Source: Zygnema circumcarinatum SAG 698-1b (lineage: Eukaryota; Plantae; Zygnematophyceae). From it: a stretch of DNA of 64,000 bases. Of the stretch, positions 39,135 through 52,684 are shown piece after piece. Below the pieces are notes generated by a model. It had not been told where the DNA came from. It saw nothing but the letters and a program-made list of their open reading frames with translations, and made no database searches. Each line of letters begins with the position of its first letter. Positions within the stretch are counted from its first letter, which is position 1. Where the stretch lies: the NCBI GenBank assembly GCA_037447605.1, contig CM074815.1, forward strand, positions 682,001 through 746,000. The letters are read 5' to 3'. A program made the translations under genes and the position numbers.

Positions 39135-40182
39135 TACAGTACGTACTGTACTGTACTGTATAGTACTGTAATTTGTCCGGTAGCTTACCGTACGATGGTG
39201 TACGGCATTGACATCCATATGACCATATCATATGGCGTCATTTCCAGCACTTGCATCATATTTTCCCCGTAAAACAGGGACTGATCCCAACATAGAAATC
39301 AATCATAGATCAGCAATCGGACACAAATTTCACGCAGCGCCATGCGATAAATCTGAAAAGTTCATACCAAGCTGAACAAACGGAACTGAATTACATAAAG
39401 CGTTGAACGATCTGTACGGACAGAGGTGGTCAGCAAGCCGTTGGCGAGACCTCTCCAAACTTCAAAAAAAATTGGAAGGCGGAGCTTCCAAGGAGCGCCA
39501 TGGCCACGGCTGCCTCTTGAAGGCGCTCGCACGTGCAGGGGCGTTACGCCATTGGACTATTCCTCTTGCAGCAGGTGGCTAGTGGAGGGCCCGTCCTGCT
39601 GCACGGGAGAAATTAGGGTTTGCGAGGTCGGCTTAAGGAAGGGAGGCGTTTGCGGGTATGGCGGCTGACTTGAAGGTTTCTTGGAATAGACATTCGGATT
39701 TGAAATGTGTTTTAGTAGTTTTCCGCTTCTTTATTTTGTTTATTTTGTTTTGAGTGGGGTTCTTGCTGCAAAATGGACGTCAGTTTGCTGTTTTTAGAGC
39801 GGGATGTTCATCATGTTTGATTCTGTTGCAGGAATTTGTCAGACCCTGAGTATTCTTGCAGGAGAGTTTGAAGACATTTGGTTCTAGTTATGCATCAGAT
39901 TCCTAGTAAAAATCTGTACAGTTGTTACTTATTTGATTTTTGATCTCTTCAGTACGGATTGCGGGAGAGCATTTGTGGGAGAGGAAAGGTAGAGCGAGAG
40001 AGGGGGTAGTGGAAGAGGAACAGAGAGAGGGAGGGCTGAGGATTTGGGGGGCTGGGGAAAGGGAGAGCGAGAGGTAGGTCATGTCATTGCTGGAGTGGTC
40101 ATTCATCTCCCTTCTCTCTCTCTCTCTCTCTCTCTCTCGCTCTCTCTCTCTTTCTCTCTCTTTCTCTTTTTCTCAGGAAAAC

Positions 40183-43100
40183 ATGGTATTGGACCAGCAG
40201 AGGGAGAATGGCAAGGATTCTTCCATGGACTCAGCGGAGCTTCACTTCCCTGTGAGTGTAGCAACGTTGAAATGGAAAATTTCCAAATATGTTTTTCGAA
40301 ATGCGCAACCGGCCAATATTTTCTCTGAATACTCTTGATTGTTGTCAAGCATATCATATCCATACTTTTCATAGATAGAAAGGCAAAAAAGACAATGAAA
40401 AAGTTATTCCACAGCTATGCGTCTATTGCCTTTGTGTATTCAGTCTATAACGCTTCAGCCAGGAGCTGCACAGACATGTACGAAAAAATGCGCTCAATCG
40501 CCTCAGCCGGTTTGTCTATTAATGCAGGAACAAACTTCTTCCCCATCTATACATAGACTCTCGTCATCTCCCAACAATAAAACGAATGCAGCTCCATCTC
40601 CTATACGGGATCAGATGAAGATTGTAGGAGACAGCTTTCTTGAGAGAGGGGTTTCCAAGGAGAACGAATGTTCTCCCATGGAAAGGGAGGGGACGCCTGA
40701 CCTCCTTCGGAAAGAGAATGGAAGTTTGAAAGATACGTTCATGTTTCGAGCTTCGCATTCCGGTCTGTTCACAGCAGGCTTGGGAGGTTCTCCAGATGAG
40801 GGTGGAGAGGGAGGAGTGAAGAAGCCGAGTAACATATTAATGCAGAGCACTGGAGGCCTCATTAGGCGACAGCTGGACGGAGTAGGGCGAGTATCGCTCG
40901 CTCAGCACAGACGTGATATTTTCCGGCTGAAGGAGGAGAAGGAGATCGTCCAAGCAGAATATGAGTCTCTCAAGGACGAGTATCAGGACCTGAAGGTGAG
41001 TGGGCTTGGCCCACTTTTTGGAGCTTGTTAGAGAGATGAATTGAAACTTATGATGTCAAGCTGATGGTTTGCTGTTGGGATGACACTTGTAACTCAGATG
41101 GAGCACGAGAAGCTGCTTGCAAAAGTACAGATGGGTGGAATGAATAAGGCTCAAAAACAAAAGTGCTCTTCTCCGGCTGAAGTTTTGGAAATAGCTGAGC
41201 TCGAGGTATGTGCCCTTTGTTCAGTGTGAGTAGTCAAACTCTCAATATAGCATACTTAAATGCATGGGTCCTTAAGTCTCTCCGGACGCGAGTCGAAAGC
41301 AATTTCAACAGTTAGGGGTACATGCATTTGTGTGTGTAGGTACAATGCATAAAGGCATATATAAAGGTTGGACATAGTGGAATTTTGAAGGGCTAGACTT
41401 TACGTAATGATCAATCTAGAAGCCTTTATTTTTCCGTCAATTCTTGCAGCATTTCTTACTTAGCACTTAAGAAACTCATCTCTCTTAATGATTTGGAGAC
41501 GATTCCGAGCCATGGCTTTCAAAGTAGCGAACGAACGCTCATGTCTTAACCACCCTAAAAAGCCTAAAAGTAGCTCTTATCCCTGCATTCTCCAATGCCT
41601 TTATGCCAATGTCAAAACCCAATGCATACAGCTGCCTACTACATACCATATGCCTAATTTACGTACATCCTACGATAAGCATTGTCCAAGCGTGGCTTAA
41701 GTGTTTTATTGGCCATATTCTTCAGGCACATCTTGAAGCCAAGGAGAGTTTGGTAGCCAGCCTCCAGCAGCAGCTGCAGGCGATCCCTAGGTTGCAGAGG
41801 CAGGTGGAGGCGTTGACCAGTCAACTGGAGGAGGAGCGTTCCATGGCGACGGAGACCGTAGCTGAGAGCCAGCAGGTAGAAGTCAATTCACAAGAACTCG
41901 ACGAGGTGAGAGAAAGGAGTGAAAATGGGGGAAGGGGGGGAAGGAAAATTTCCATTTGATTTTCTTAATGTTCATGAGGCCTTCCAAGTGTGGCTTTGGA
42001 CAAAAAAAAAAGGGCGAACATGCCTAAATATGACGAGATTGAATGTAGTAAAGTCCAAACGTAACATCCCACCTCCTTCTCTGCCAATTTTGCTTACTTT
42101 TTAATAAAGATAACACAAATACAGATCTATTCACACAATTCATGCGGGCTGCCAGTTGGAGGTCTGCAAAGTGATGAAGGAGCTCGAGAAGCAGGGGGAA
42201 CTCCACCTCCAGCAAATGCACCTTATGAGAGAGCAAATCTCGAAAATGAGCTCACTTGAGAAGCAGCTGCAGGTTTAGGCTGTACCTTTGACTTTGTGGT
42301 TTCATGGTTTTGATTTTTCAGACAAACAAATTTCCAATCAATGTTGAAAATCTTTTGTTTGGTCATTCATTTTGTCTTGCTTAGCGCGTTTGTAAAGCGG
42401 GTGAGTTTGCCTCCTGAAAGTACTGAAACCTTTGGTCTTCCAAAAGTCTCGTCTCATTGCTGGAGGCCCTTCCCCTTCTTCCCCTCTCTTCATCTCCTAT
42501 GCACTTTGTGCTCCCGCTTCTTTCCCTTCTCCTTATCGTTCCGTTGTCAATCTGAAATGTCATGGCAAATGCCACACTCGCATTAGTCAGATCTTCACAT
42601 CGTAACTCGCATCAGTATCTGAGTGAACGTATTGTGCGCAGATCTCTAACGATGAGCGGACCCGCTTAGAATTGCAGCTCACCTCTCATAGTGAGGAGGC
42701 TGCAAGATGCCGAGAAGCTGCCAGAAGATCCTCTGTGGAATCCGCCATATTGAGAGAGGAGATGGAGGTCCTAAAAAGGCAGCTGTCAGAGTCCATTCAT
42801 AAGGTTCGTTTTTTGACGCATTCTTTTGTTGGGTCTCATTGTAACAACTCGAAGAAGAACTACTTTCCAACATGTTCATCGACTTCCATTGAGACCTGGC
42901 AATTATTGAGTTGTTTTATTTGTATTTTTCTCGTTGTGTTGTTGATATGTGGAGTGCAGGCTACTCCATTAGCCACTCCTCAGCACTACAATGGTACATT
43001 CTGTAAAGTTAACGGCACAGTTGAGGATGCAGAGGAAGCAGTCTGCCTGAATGAAATCAATCCTCTAACTGTAGGATCAGCCAAGTTGTACTTTATGAAG

Positions 43101-44679
43101 AGCAAGGGACGAGTGGAGGAATGGCTCAACAATATTGAGCAGGAGGAGGAGAAGGAGGACGTAGGAGAGGTGGGAGAGGTCGGAGAGAGTGTGAAAAGGA
43201 AGGGTTTAAATGAAGGAAGTGCAAATGCAAAGGGTTCTACGCACGAGGGAAATAGAAAAATTAGCCTAGAATGTTCAGAAGCTGAGAGCAACTTCCTGGC
43301 TCTAATTGACTATCAATCGGAGGAGGGAGAGGGAGAGGGAGTGGGAGATGTAGTGGAGGAAGAGAAGGTGGGTTCATTGAACAGTGTGAGGGTGGGGAAG
43401 GTGAATTTGAAGGATGTTGTGGACTTTTTTGAGAGTAGGAACGGAGAAGGAGAGATGGAGGGTAGTGGGCTTGATAGGAATAAGTGGAGCAAAGAATACT
43501 TGTCGAGAATGGTGATCACAGTTATGAACGAACTGATTGGGGCGGCGGAGAAATTGGAAGAAGCGGAGCTTCACAAGAGGCTCTGCCATAGTATGAGGGA
43601 GGAGATAGACCAGGGGAGGGAGAGGGAACTCACACTAGCTTGTAAATTGACCGAAATCTGCAAGAAATTGGAGGTGGAAGTAGTGCAGCGAGAGAGATAC
43701 TTGGAGGTGGCAGCGGAAGAGAGGAGAGAGGAAGAGAAGAGGCTGGAAGAGTGGAAAGGCAGAGCGGAAGTAGGAGAGGCTGGGATAGCAAATGCTGTCA
43801 AGAAATGCCTGGAAGCAGAGATGGAATTAGAGGCATCTCGGATGGAAGTAAAGGAACTTCTCGAGAGAATTCGAGTGCTTGAGAGGGAGAGGCCGAGGGT
43901 AATGGAGGAACTGAAAGCGGAGGCAGAGAGGGAGAAGGGGGACTTGCAGGGTTTGCACGATAGGGAGAGGGAGAAGTTGGTGCTCCTTGAACAGACCCTC
44001 GAGCAGGCTATCAACGAGAGGGAGAAGATCGAGATGAAGTTGGAGGAGGAAGAAATGAAGGCGAAGATGATGGAAGGAGGATGGCTGGCCCTGCAGGAAA
44101 GGGTGGAAGTGTTGCAGACAGAGGTGGTAGTAGAGAGGAAGAGAGGCCTTCAAATTGAGGAGGCTCTGCGGCAGGAAGAGCTGAATTTGAAGCAAGCTTT
44201 AGCAGATAAAGAAGCTTTGGCTGTAGTGGAGGAGGAGAAGAAAGCTTTAGAAGTTAAGTGTGCAGATTTGGCTGCAAGACTGAAGAAAAGCTTGAATCAG
44301 ATTGAGCATGCCATACCGGCTGAGAGAGCGATAGCGGTAGTGAGAGAGGTGGAATCGAAGGTGAGAAAGGGAATGGAGATGGAAATCAATGGGTTGAAGC
44401 AAACGAGGAGCCGAGAGAGTGCAGCTCTTAAGGATGAGGTACTGCTTTTCCTCTCTCTTCTCCCTCTTTTCCTCTAAATCGCTCTCCCCATTTCCTTAAG
44501 AGATGATGTTCTAGGGTTGTCGAGATTCCGTGTTGTCTCCCCTCTCTGTTAAAAAACCGTTCTTATTTTGGGCCTTTGTCTTTTCACAGATGCAATGGCT
44601 GAAGAAGCGGCTGGCTGTAACAGAGGAGGCTCTGCTTGAGAAGCAAACGAGAAAGGGCTTGTTTTGCCAAGGAGGGTGA
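40183..44679 (+). CDS. Large coiled-coil protein of unknown function, ~8 coding exons
   Basis: In-phase exons 40183-40251, 40528-40995, 41098-41205, ~41726-41905, ~42160-42272, ~42643-42803, ~42960-44438 and ~44590-44679 (stop TGA). E/K/L-rich heptad-like sequence. Start may lie in upstream exons (39.5-39.9 kb). Confidence 0.8.
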
Positions 44680-45217
44680 TTTTCTGTTTCTTCAAACTGC
44701 AGACTGCAGCAGCATTAACCCTAGGCCCTCTAAACCTTGGGTCCTACCTCCATGTTTCCTCAAACTCGTAGTTCCCTACGCTCAGTAGTACTGAACACGA
44801 AGGTGCACATTGCATGGGCAGCTGCAGGACCTTTGTGTGCCAAATTTGTCCATATTGTATGTGAGTTGAGCATGCGGAGAACGGGCTTCGCACACCATGA
44901 GATCACTTTTGGTCTCTTACTTTTTGGCAATTGGAGAAAGGTTGCAAAGAAGACGTCTGGTTTTGAGATGGTAGAGTGTGTGCGGCTCCATGTTGGGGTT
45001 GGAAATGGTACAAAGGACGTGTTGGTCGTGCACAACTATAAGCTGGCAAAGTCAATGGCATGAATGACGCATGGCACGGTATTGATGCTTGCATGCAATT
45101 AGGAGCATTTGAAGTTATGATTTTCTTAAGGCAGCAGAGTTCTTGACCCAGCCGTGGTCCAAGTTGCAAGCAAAAACAAAAGAGAGGCCCTCGCACACAA
45201 AGGGGAAGTGAATTGGC

Positions 45218-45325
45218 ATTGATCTCACGATGGCGATGCCATCACATGTACATGGCCAACAACAACAACAACAACAACATTGGGAACCACGAGGAACCAA
45301 CTGCTCACTAAGGACCTAAGGAGAG
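45218..45325 (+). other. Dispersed double-hairpin motif (copy 2)
   Basis: TGATCTCACGATGGCGATGCCATCACATGTACATGG-(CAA)n-GGGAACCACGAGGA...GCTCACTAAGGACC. Confidence 0.7.
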
Positions 45326-45770
45326 AAAGAGAGGACATGACCCAAACTCTGCCACAACTCTAAAGGCCTAAAAGCACGGCCCAGTGGTACAGGGACTATA
45401 GGTTCAGGTTTTCAGCTCAAGCATCTTCCAATGAAAGTTTGCCACTTGAGCAAAACTTCAAATTTGGTCAGTTCCCATTGGAATATGCCTCGACATTTGG
45501 CACACCCCAATTTGACACGCATGTGGGGTCATCTCCTCCCTCCCACACTCCCTCCGCCATGGATCTGAGATCGAATTTGACCTAGTGCATGGGATTCTCC
45601 CAACGTCTTCGGCTTCTATGCTCTCCGCACTTCAGCCTCTACTAAGCAGCACAGTACTTGCATCTTTTTTTGCGCTTTCGGGCTTCAGAATAAGTTAATG
45701 TTAATGAAATGTCTCGCGCATCTTTGAAGAGGAATTAGGGTTTTTCATCCTTCCGCTATGTGCGTTGGCT

Positions 45771-48700
45771 ATGGCAAACGTAAGGAGGAGCATGCTGCTG
45801 CTGGGCGCGCTGGCCTTGTGCTTCGCCATGGTTTTCCACCTCCAGCATTCCTCTGTGCTCTTCGCTACGCGGCATGCAACAAAGGAGCCATCGTTCCACG
45901 AAGTCAGGGCTAACAGGAGAACGCTCATCAGCCAGTTGGAGGGCCATGCTGTAAATTTCTTCGACTCATCTCACTTGAAAATCTCATCTAAATCTTGATC
46001 TTCGCTGATCTTATTTACTTTTTAAAGTTTTGTCTCGCTTAATTTGAGTTTAATCTGATTAGGTTAAATATGTCAAGCTCCAGGGTGGGATCCGGCGGGT
46101 TCTTAAAGTTTTGGAGCATGTGAAGCTTTTTATTACTGGTGAACGAAGTAAGGCGCAGTGGCAATGGTAACAGTTCATTTGACTGCCTGACTCAACCGAT
46201 CCTTGTTCTCAATTCATCGATCAGCTGCACCGTCATTTCAAACTGTCAACGATTCTCAAAATCACCTGGGATGGGAACCAAGTTAAACTTTACCGTAGGC
46301 AAAAGGAGAGAAAATCGATTATAATCGGCATCATTAAACTTTGTTAACCTTGAGCAATCTGTTCACACTTTCCTTTCTCTGCTTCATATCTATCATTGAA
46401 GATGTGGAGCAAGTGAGTTAGTTTTTAGTCGACTAGACGTGCCAAAAAAAACCCTAAAAACCCTAAAACCCTAAAACCCTAAAACCCTAAAACCCTAAAA
46501 ACCATTAAGTACCATGTCTGAAATTATACAAGTTACAAGTCTCCGGCACTCCTTCCTGTGAATTCAGCTATCCCTGTTTGTATCATTGACGTAAAAAGTT
46601 TTTACTTTGGGGTGCAGAAGCGTGAAGTCGCCCTCTGTTTCATCGGAGATTTTCAACCCATTAATGTGAACGGATCGGATGTGAAAAAAATACTTGTCGA
46701 GGCCGTCGACAAGTCGGATGTTTTTTTCCACTGCCCGTTCGACGAACATACCCATAAACTAAATAATCTGAATTTCACTGCGAACTTGAAGGGCATCCGC
46801 ATTTTCCCAGCACATACAGCGAGTGGCGTTGCAATGCCTCTCCTAATTCTTCAAAAGAAGCAAACGGTGAGGTTTGAACTCGTGACCTGCCGCCACTGTA
46901 TAAAAAGGTTATCACAATTGAATCTTGTTGTATGTTATCGTTCTGGCAGTCAGTGTGTTTTTTTTGGTCCTTATTTAGACATAAAGGCGAAAGAAAATTC
47001 CAACCCTAATCCTAACCCTAAACCTAACTCTAACCCTAATCCTAACCCTAAACCTAAACCTAACTCTAACCCTAATCCTAACCCTAAACCTAAACCTAAC
47101 CCTAATCCTGACCCTAAACCTAGACCTAACCCTAATCCTAACCCTAAACCTAAACCCAAACCTAATCCTAACCCTAAACCTAACCCTAACTCTAATCCTA
47201 ACTCTAAACCTAACCCTAAACCTAATCCTAACCCTAATCCTAACCCTAATCCTAACCCTAATCCTAACACTAATCCTAACCCTAATCCTAACCCTAAACC
47301 TAAACCTAACCCTAATCCTTACCCTTTTTCAGAACGTCACCATATCGACGAATCCGGAGAGGAGAAACGTGCTGGATGTGACGAGCAGGGACATGTGCAG
47401 CACATGGAGAAATTTCAACGGAAGTTGGGATGCTCTCCTGGATGCTCATGATGCCAAGAAAAATGGAACAGATAACCCTCGCTTTTTCGCCCAAATTGCA
47501 AAAAATTGTACCGACTCGTTCGCATTGGTACGCAGTCTTTTCAGCTATGAGAGAGAAAAACTCCTCACAAAAAAAAAAAAAAAATGTGGCTCGACTGAAA
47601 TAACTTGCTCACTTTGTGGTTCACTTGCAACTCATTTCAACATAGTGAGTGAAATTTAGGCGATGCCTTCAAATGCAGCCCAAATTCTTAGTAAGAACCT
47701 ATTGCAAGTTTTTCCCCTTACTATCAAATTCGCGAACCTGTTCAGTTTTCGAAAACTGATTGCGTATTAGATCTTCGGCATTGGAATGATGGAAAAGTGA
47801 ATGTGCTCACGTTTGCAGGTTCAAAAGCGAGTGGGGAGGTGGGTATCGCCCCCTTTGAGAGTGGTCTGCAAGCGCAAGTGGATGGGCAGACTCGCCACTC
47901 TCGGGAGGGGACGTGACGCATGGGGACTGCTCCTTGAACCCCTCCAAATGGCGCCGTGAGTTTCACTCTGCCAAACTTAGTTTGGCGGTTGTCACATTGG
48001 GATTATCTATCCCTCCCTCCTCTCCCCTTCCTCCTCCCTCCTCTCCCCTTCCTCCTCCCTCCTTTCGCCCTTCCTCCCCCCNNNNNNNNNNCCTCCTTCC
48101 TTCCCCCATCCCGCCTCCCCCCTCGAACTGCCCCTCACTCTCTATTCTCTCACTATCCCTCACACGCTCGCGCTTGTTCCTTACATGCGTCCCTGCTTTC
48201 CATGAAACTTGTTCTTGGGTTTTCCTTTGTTTGGAGCAGAGTCATGTTTTCTGTGGGAGGAGACGAAACGGGAGCGGATGAGAGGTCATTTCTCGAAACA
48301 ATTCCCAACTTGCAAATTTACAAGTTTGACATGAAACCGAACTCCACACAGAATGCGACGTTTAAAGGAACAAAAAATATGTTCTACAATCCACGGAGGA
48401 TATTGCTGAAAAAGGGATCACTAGAGCAGAAAAGCATCGGAAATTGGGCATTTCTTGAAGCAGCTCTGCATGATCCCATCATGAATGGGGGGCGGAAAAA
48501 AACCAGAAAGGGCTTGAAAAGGATGAAGAAAAAAGGCAAAAGGAAAGGAAGGCGGAAGTCAAATCTGAACTCGAAGAAGAAGAAAGCTTATAAAGCTAAG
48601 TTCAGTGAATCCGGACAAATAGTGGGAGAGAGTACAGCGGAGAAGAGTGATGATAGGATGAAGAATGGGACGGTGGGAGAGGCGCGGGTGGGAGAAGGCG

Positions 48701-51700
48701 AGAACGAGAGGGAGGGAGTGGGAGTGGGAGTGGGAGTGGGAGTGGGAGTGGGAGAGGGAGTGGGAGTGGGAGTGGGAGTGGGAGGGCAAGTTTCAGCTGA
48801 GGAGGAGAGAAATGTGAGATTGCTGGCTAATGTGAGTGGATCGTCGAAGGTAGGAGAGGTAGAATGGAATAATAGTGAGGAAAATTTGAGTGGTGGGAAA
48901 ACAATGGGAGAGGGAGAGGGAGAGGGAGCAGACGGCGGTGTGACAGTTGGTCACAGTGAGGTTGGAGAGAAGGGGAGGGAGGGGAATTTTCCGGCCCTAA
49001 ACTCGGAAAAGTCGACTACCCGATTTGAAACTGAACCTGAAACTGAAACAAAATCTGAACCTGAGTCTGAAGCTAAATCTGAATCTGAACCCGAATCTGA
49101 ATCGGAATCTGAAACTGAAACTGACAAGACGGTCGAGCCAATAATCGGAGACGGAACTGAAACTGAAACTGAAACTGAAACTGACAAGAAGGTCGAGCCA
49201 ATAGTCGGAGACGGAACTGAAACTGAAACTGATGCTACAACTGATACGGAAACAGAGGCAGAGTCGAAGAGGGAGATTGGAAATGGAGCTGGAGGTGCGA
49301 CTAGAACTGACACTGAAACTGACATAGAAACTGTAATCAAGCCTGAGCCTAAAGTCGAAGCAGGGACTGAAGCAGAGTCTGAAGCTGAATCTGAAACTGA
49401 AGGCAAGGACGAGTCTGAAAATGGAGCAGAAACTGAAACTGGAACTGTAACTGTAACTGAGACATGGAGTGATACTGAAACAGAGACTGAGATCAAAGAT
49501 GAGCCTAAGGGTAGAGCTGAAACTGGAGCTGGAACTGGAGCTGGAACTGGAGCTGAAACTAACCTCAAAATGGATAGTTCAACAGAGACTGAGATCAAGC
49601 CTGAAACTGAAACTGAAACTGAAACTGATATAGAATCTGTGACTGAAACTAGGCCTACGTTTGGAGCTACAACCGGAATTGAGTCTGACAATGAGATGAA
49701 TCCGAAGTTGATAGCGGGAGCTGAAACTGAAACTAGAAATAGGTGGAGAGAAAGCGAGGTACAGGAGGAGAGAGGTAAAACTCACTATCAGGGTGAGAGA
49801 GAATATAAAAAAAATGGAGGAGATTTTAGAAGAGGAGGTGCTGGAAATGCAGAGGAAGGGGAGCAGGAAGAAAGGAAGGAAAACGGCGAAAGTCTGTACA
49901 GGAAAAAAGAAGTATTCAGGCAGCGAAATCGGTTTGATGAAGGGGAGAGAGAAAATTATGAAAGCAACTGGATTGACTCAGGTGGTAAATACAAAAAAAG
50001 GGCCTTCTTAAATGAGATCGAGGAAAATGGAAATTCAAATAAGGGTCAGAGAACTCGGGAGGAAGAGGGGGAGTGGACACATAAAAGGCAGAACGAGCAA
50101 TTAGAGAGGTTAGATGGGAGGAGAAGGAGAGCATGGCAGGGGGAGAGGGAGGAGGTTGAGAAGGGTTCGGAACGGGGTGGGAGAGGAGCAGGGAGAGAGG
50201 CAGATGCGGGAAGGGAGTTGGGGAGTTGGCAAAGAGAAAGGAGTCATAGAGGAGAAAGGAGGGGAACAAATGCAAATTATAATGGGAGAGATGAGGGAGC
50301 TTTGGGTGATGTTGTTGAGAGTGAAGTGGGAGAGGGAGAGGATGGCTCACAGGAGAGAGAGGAGAGAGTGAACATGAGAGGTGGAGAGAAAAGTGGTCGG
50401 AAAGGAGGGATGAGTGAATGGAACTTGAAAAGAGAGATGGAGATAAGAGCTGAAGGAGTTGATGAGAAGAATCCGCTGATTGGGAAGGCATTGAGTGATA
50501 GTGGGAGAGGGAGAGCGACCTACGACATAGGGGGGAGAGAGAGATGGGTGGGTGAGGGAAGTGGGAGAAGGGTGAGAGAGAGAGGGGTAGAAGAGAGAGG
50601 CGGAAATGGGGGACATACGAGAGAAACGTACTCCTTTCAAACCAAGGAATTGAGCGAGAGGGGCTCAAAGCTAGACTTAGATGAATCTTCTCCCATGGAG
50701 AGAACAGGAGTTAGGGGCACACGGAGGGAGAGGAGAGGGAGATGGGAGGAGGGAGGGGAGGAGAGGGAACATGGAAACAGATTTGAGCAACGGCGGCTTC
50801 TGCTTAACGTGGGAGAAGGTCAAATAGCTGAGAGTGGATCACTTGAAAACGAGCCTCAAACTGAAAAAAATGATTTGTCAGCAGGAGTTTATAGTGGGTT
50901 GAAATCCGAAAGTGAATTTGTGATTTCCGATTCTGCAAGGTTAACCTCGGAAGGTGGAATATTGGATAGCCAACTTCAGATCGCAAATGCAACAGAGAGC
51001 CTGGCGGCGGAAGTTGCAACATCTGAGCAAAGTGGAATGGGGGATCCACTTCCTGGGATCAACGGCGGTTCAGAGCTTGGAAATCAACCCGCACTGGCAA
51101 ACTCAGGAAAGGAAAGCTTAACCTTGTTAAGTCTCTCGAAGTTCAACCGCTCCGAAGAGCAAAGGTTGGTGCCCCAAAAAAATGCAACTTTGGGTCAAAG
51201 TGGAATAGGGAGTACACTGACTGGAACCGGTAACGGCGTAAAAGGTCAAGATCAACTCAAGACACCAACCAGTTCAAGTGGGGCAGTTCAAGTTCAAGAA
51301 GTTGATGCAGTTGGACCTGCAGGGTTGCCAGCTCTCACTGCTCACGTGGGTCATGAACGAGTGGATATTCTCAAGGTGGGAGACTCCCACTCGACCTCTC
51401 ACTCCTCTCTCTTCCCTCTCAATGTCTCTCTCTCATTCAGTCTCCCCTCTCGTCTTCTCCATTTTCCTGCTTCCCTCTAAAAGCGAGGTCCTTCCTCTCT
51501 CTCTGTGTCCTTGGCCTCTCAGCTGTTCTCTCGGCTCTCTACCTCCCCTCCTTTGCCCTCCCTTTCTCGCCTCCCATCTCACTCCTCCCCCGCTCTTTCA
51601 CCCAACTCTCCTCCCCGTCTCTCTCCTCTACTGCTTCTTCCTCGCCTCTCTCTCCTCCCTTTTGTCTCTTCTACCTCTCCTCTCCTCTCCCTCCTCCCAC

Positions 51701-52684
51701 TTCTCGCCTCACTCTCTCTTCCCCGTCTCTCCTCCCCCTCCCACCCCTCTCTTCTCTTCTACCGCTCCTTCCTCCCCTCTCCCCTCCATTTTCTACTCCT
51801 CTACCTCTCCCCTCCCCTCTCCCTCCTCTCCCTCACTTCTCGCCCTCCTCTCTCCTCCCCTTCTCTCTCCCCCCTTTTTCTCCCCCTCCCCCTCCTCCAA
51901 CTTCTCTCCCACTCTCTCCTTGACTGTTCCATCCTCCCCACTCTCCCCTCCCTTTTCCTCTCCTTCCCCTCACTCTTATCCCCTCCCTCCTCCCCCTCAC
52001 TTCTCCCCCCCTCCCTCTCCTCCCACCCTCTCTCCTCCCCCCCTACCTCCCCATTTCTCCTCCCCCTCCCTTTCCTCCCCTTCCCTCCCCCTCTCTCCTC
52101 CCCCTCTCTCCTCCTCCTCCCTGGCCCCCTCCCTCCTCCCCCTCACTCTCCTACCCATCCCTCCCCCACTCCCTCCCCCTCTCGCCTCCCCCCTTCCTTC
52201 CCCCCCTCCCTCCCCCTCTCTCCTCCCCCTCCCTCCCCCCCCGTCCCTCCCCCTTTCTCCTCCCCCTCCCTCCCCCCCGTCCCTCCCCGTCTANNNNNNN
52301 NNNCCCCTCCCTCCTCTCCTCTCTCTCCTACCCCTTCCTCCTCCCCCTCCCCGTCCTTCCCCCTCTTTCCCACCTCCCTCTCAAGCTCCTCCCTCTCAGC
52401 TGCTGAGTTCGAGTCCCGCCCTCCCCCTCCTCTCTTCGCAGATCGACGCGGTCGGGCGCGAGGAGTTCATCGTGTTCGCCTTCCTGGAAGTTGCGCGCGT
52501 GCGCGTGTGCCAGCTGGCGGTCGCCTTCCCCCTCGCGGGCGGGCCCCTGCGCGCGCAGGTCACGAGGACCGTACGGCGGCTCAGGGCGCTCGGCTTCTAC
52601 AAGAACTCGTGCGTCATCATGCGTCAGCACGGCGTCAAAAAATGCACTTATTTATCGGAGACGAATTGTTTCTACAGTCATTAA
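45771..52684 (+). CDS. Signal-anchored (type II membrane/secretory-like) protein with a ~1045-aa low-complexity exon and a GC-rich C-terminal exon; function unknown
   Basis: Exons 45771-45950 (RRSMLLLGALALCFAMVF), 47333-47507, 47819-47912, 48240-51375 and 52442 onward join in consistent phases (0,1,2,0). The 3' end is uncertain: donor near 52609, or read-through stop at 52684. Confidence 0.75.
46448..46500 (-). repeat. Interstitial telomere-like (TTTTAGGG)6
   Basis: Six CCCTAAAA units read directly, in an intron. Confidence 0.9.
47001..47320 (+). repeat. Degenerate hexamer array (CCTAAH / CTCTAA)n, ~53 units, abutting a 3' splice site
   Basis: ccctaatcctaaccctaaacctaactctaa... ends ~10 nt before TTTTTCAG|47333. 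Confidence 0.92.

Noticed and set aside
46558-47451. 297-aa ORF with (NP/KP)n repeats
   Set aside because: It lies in an intron of the 45771 gene. The real exon 47333-47507 uses another frame that is phase-consistent with its neighbours.
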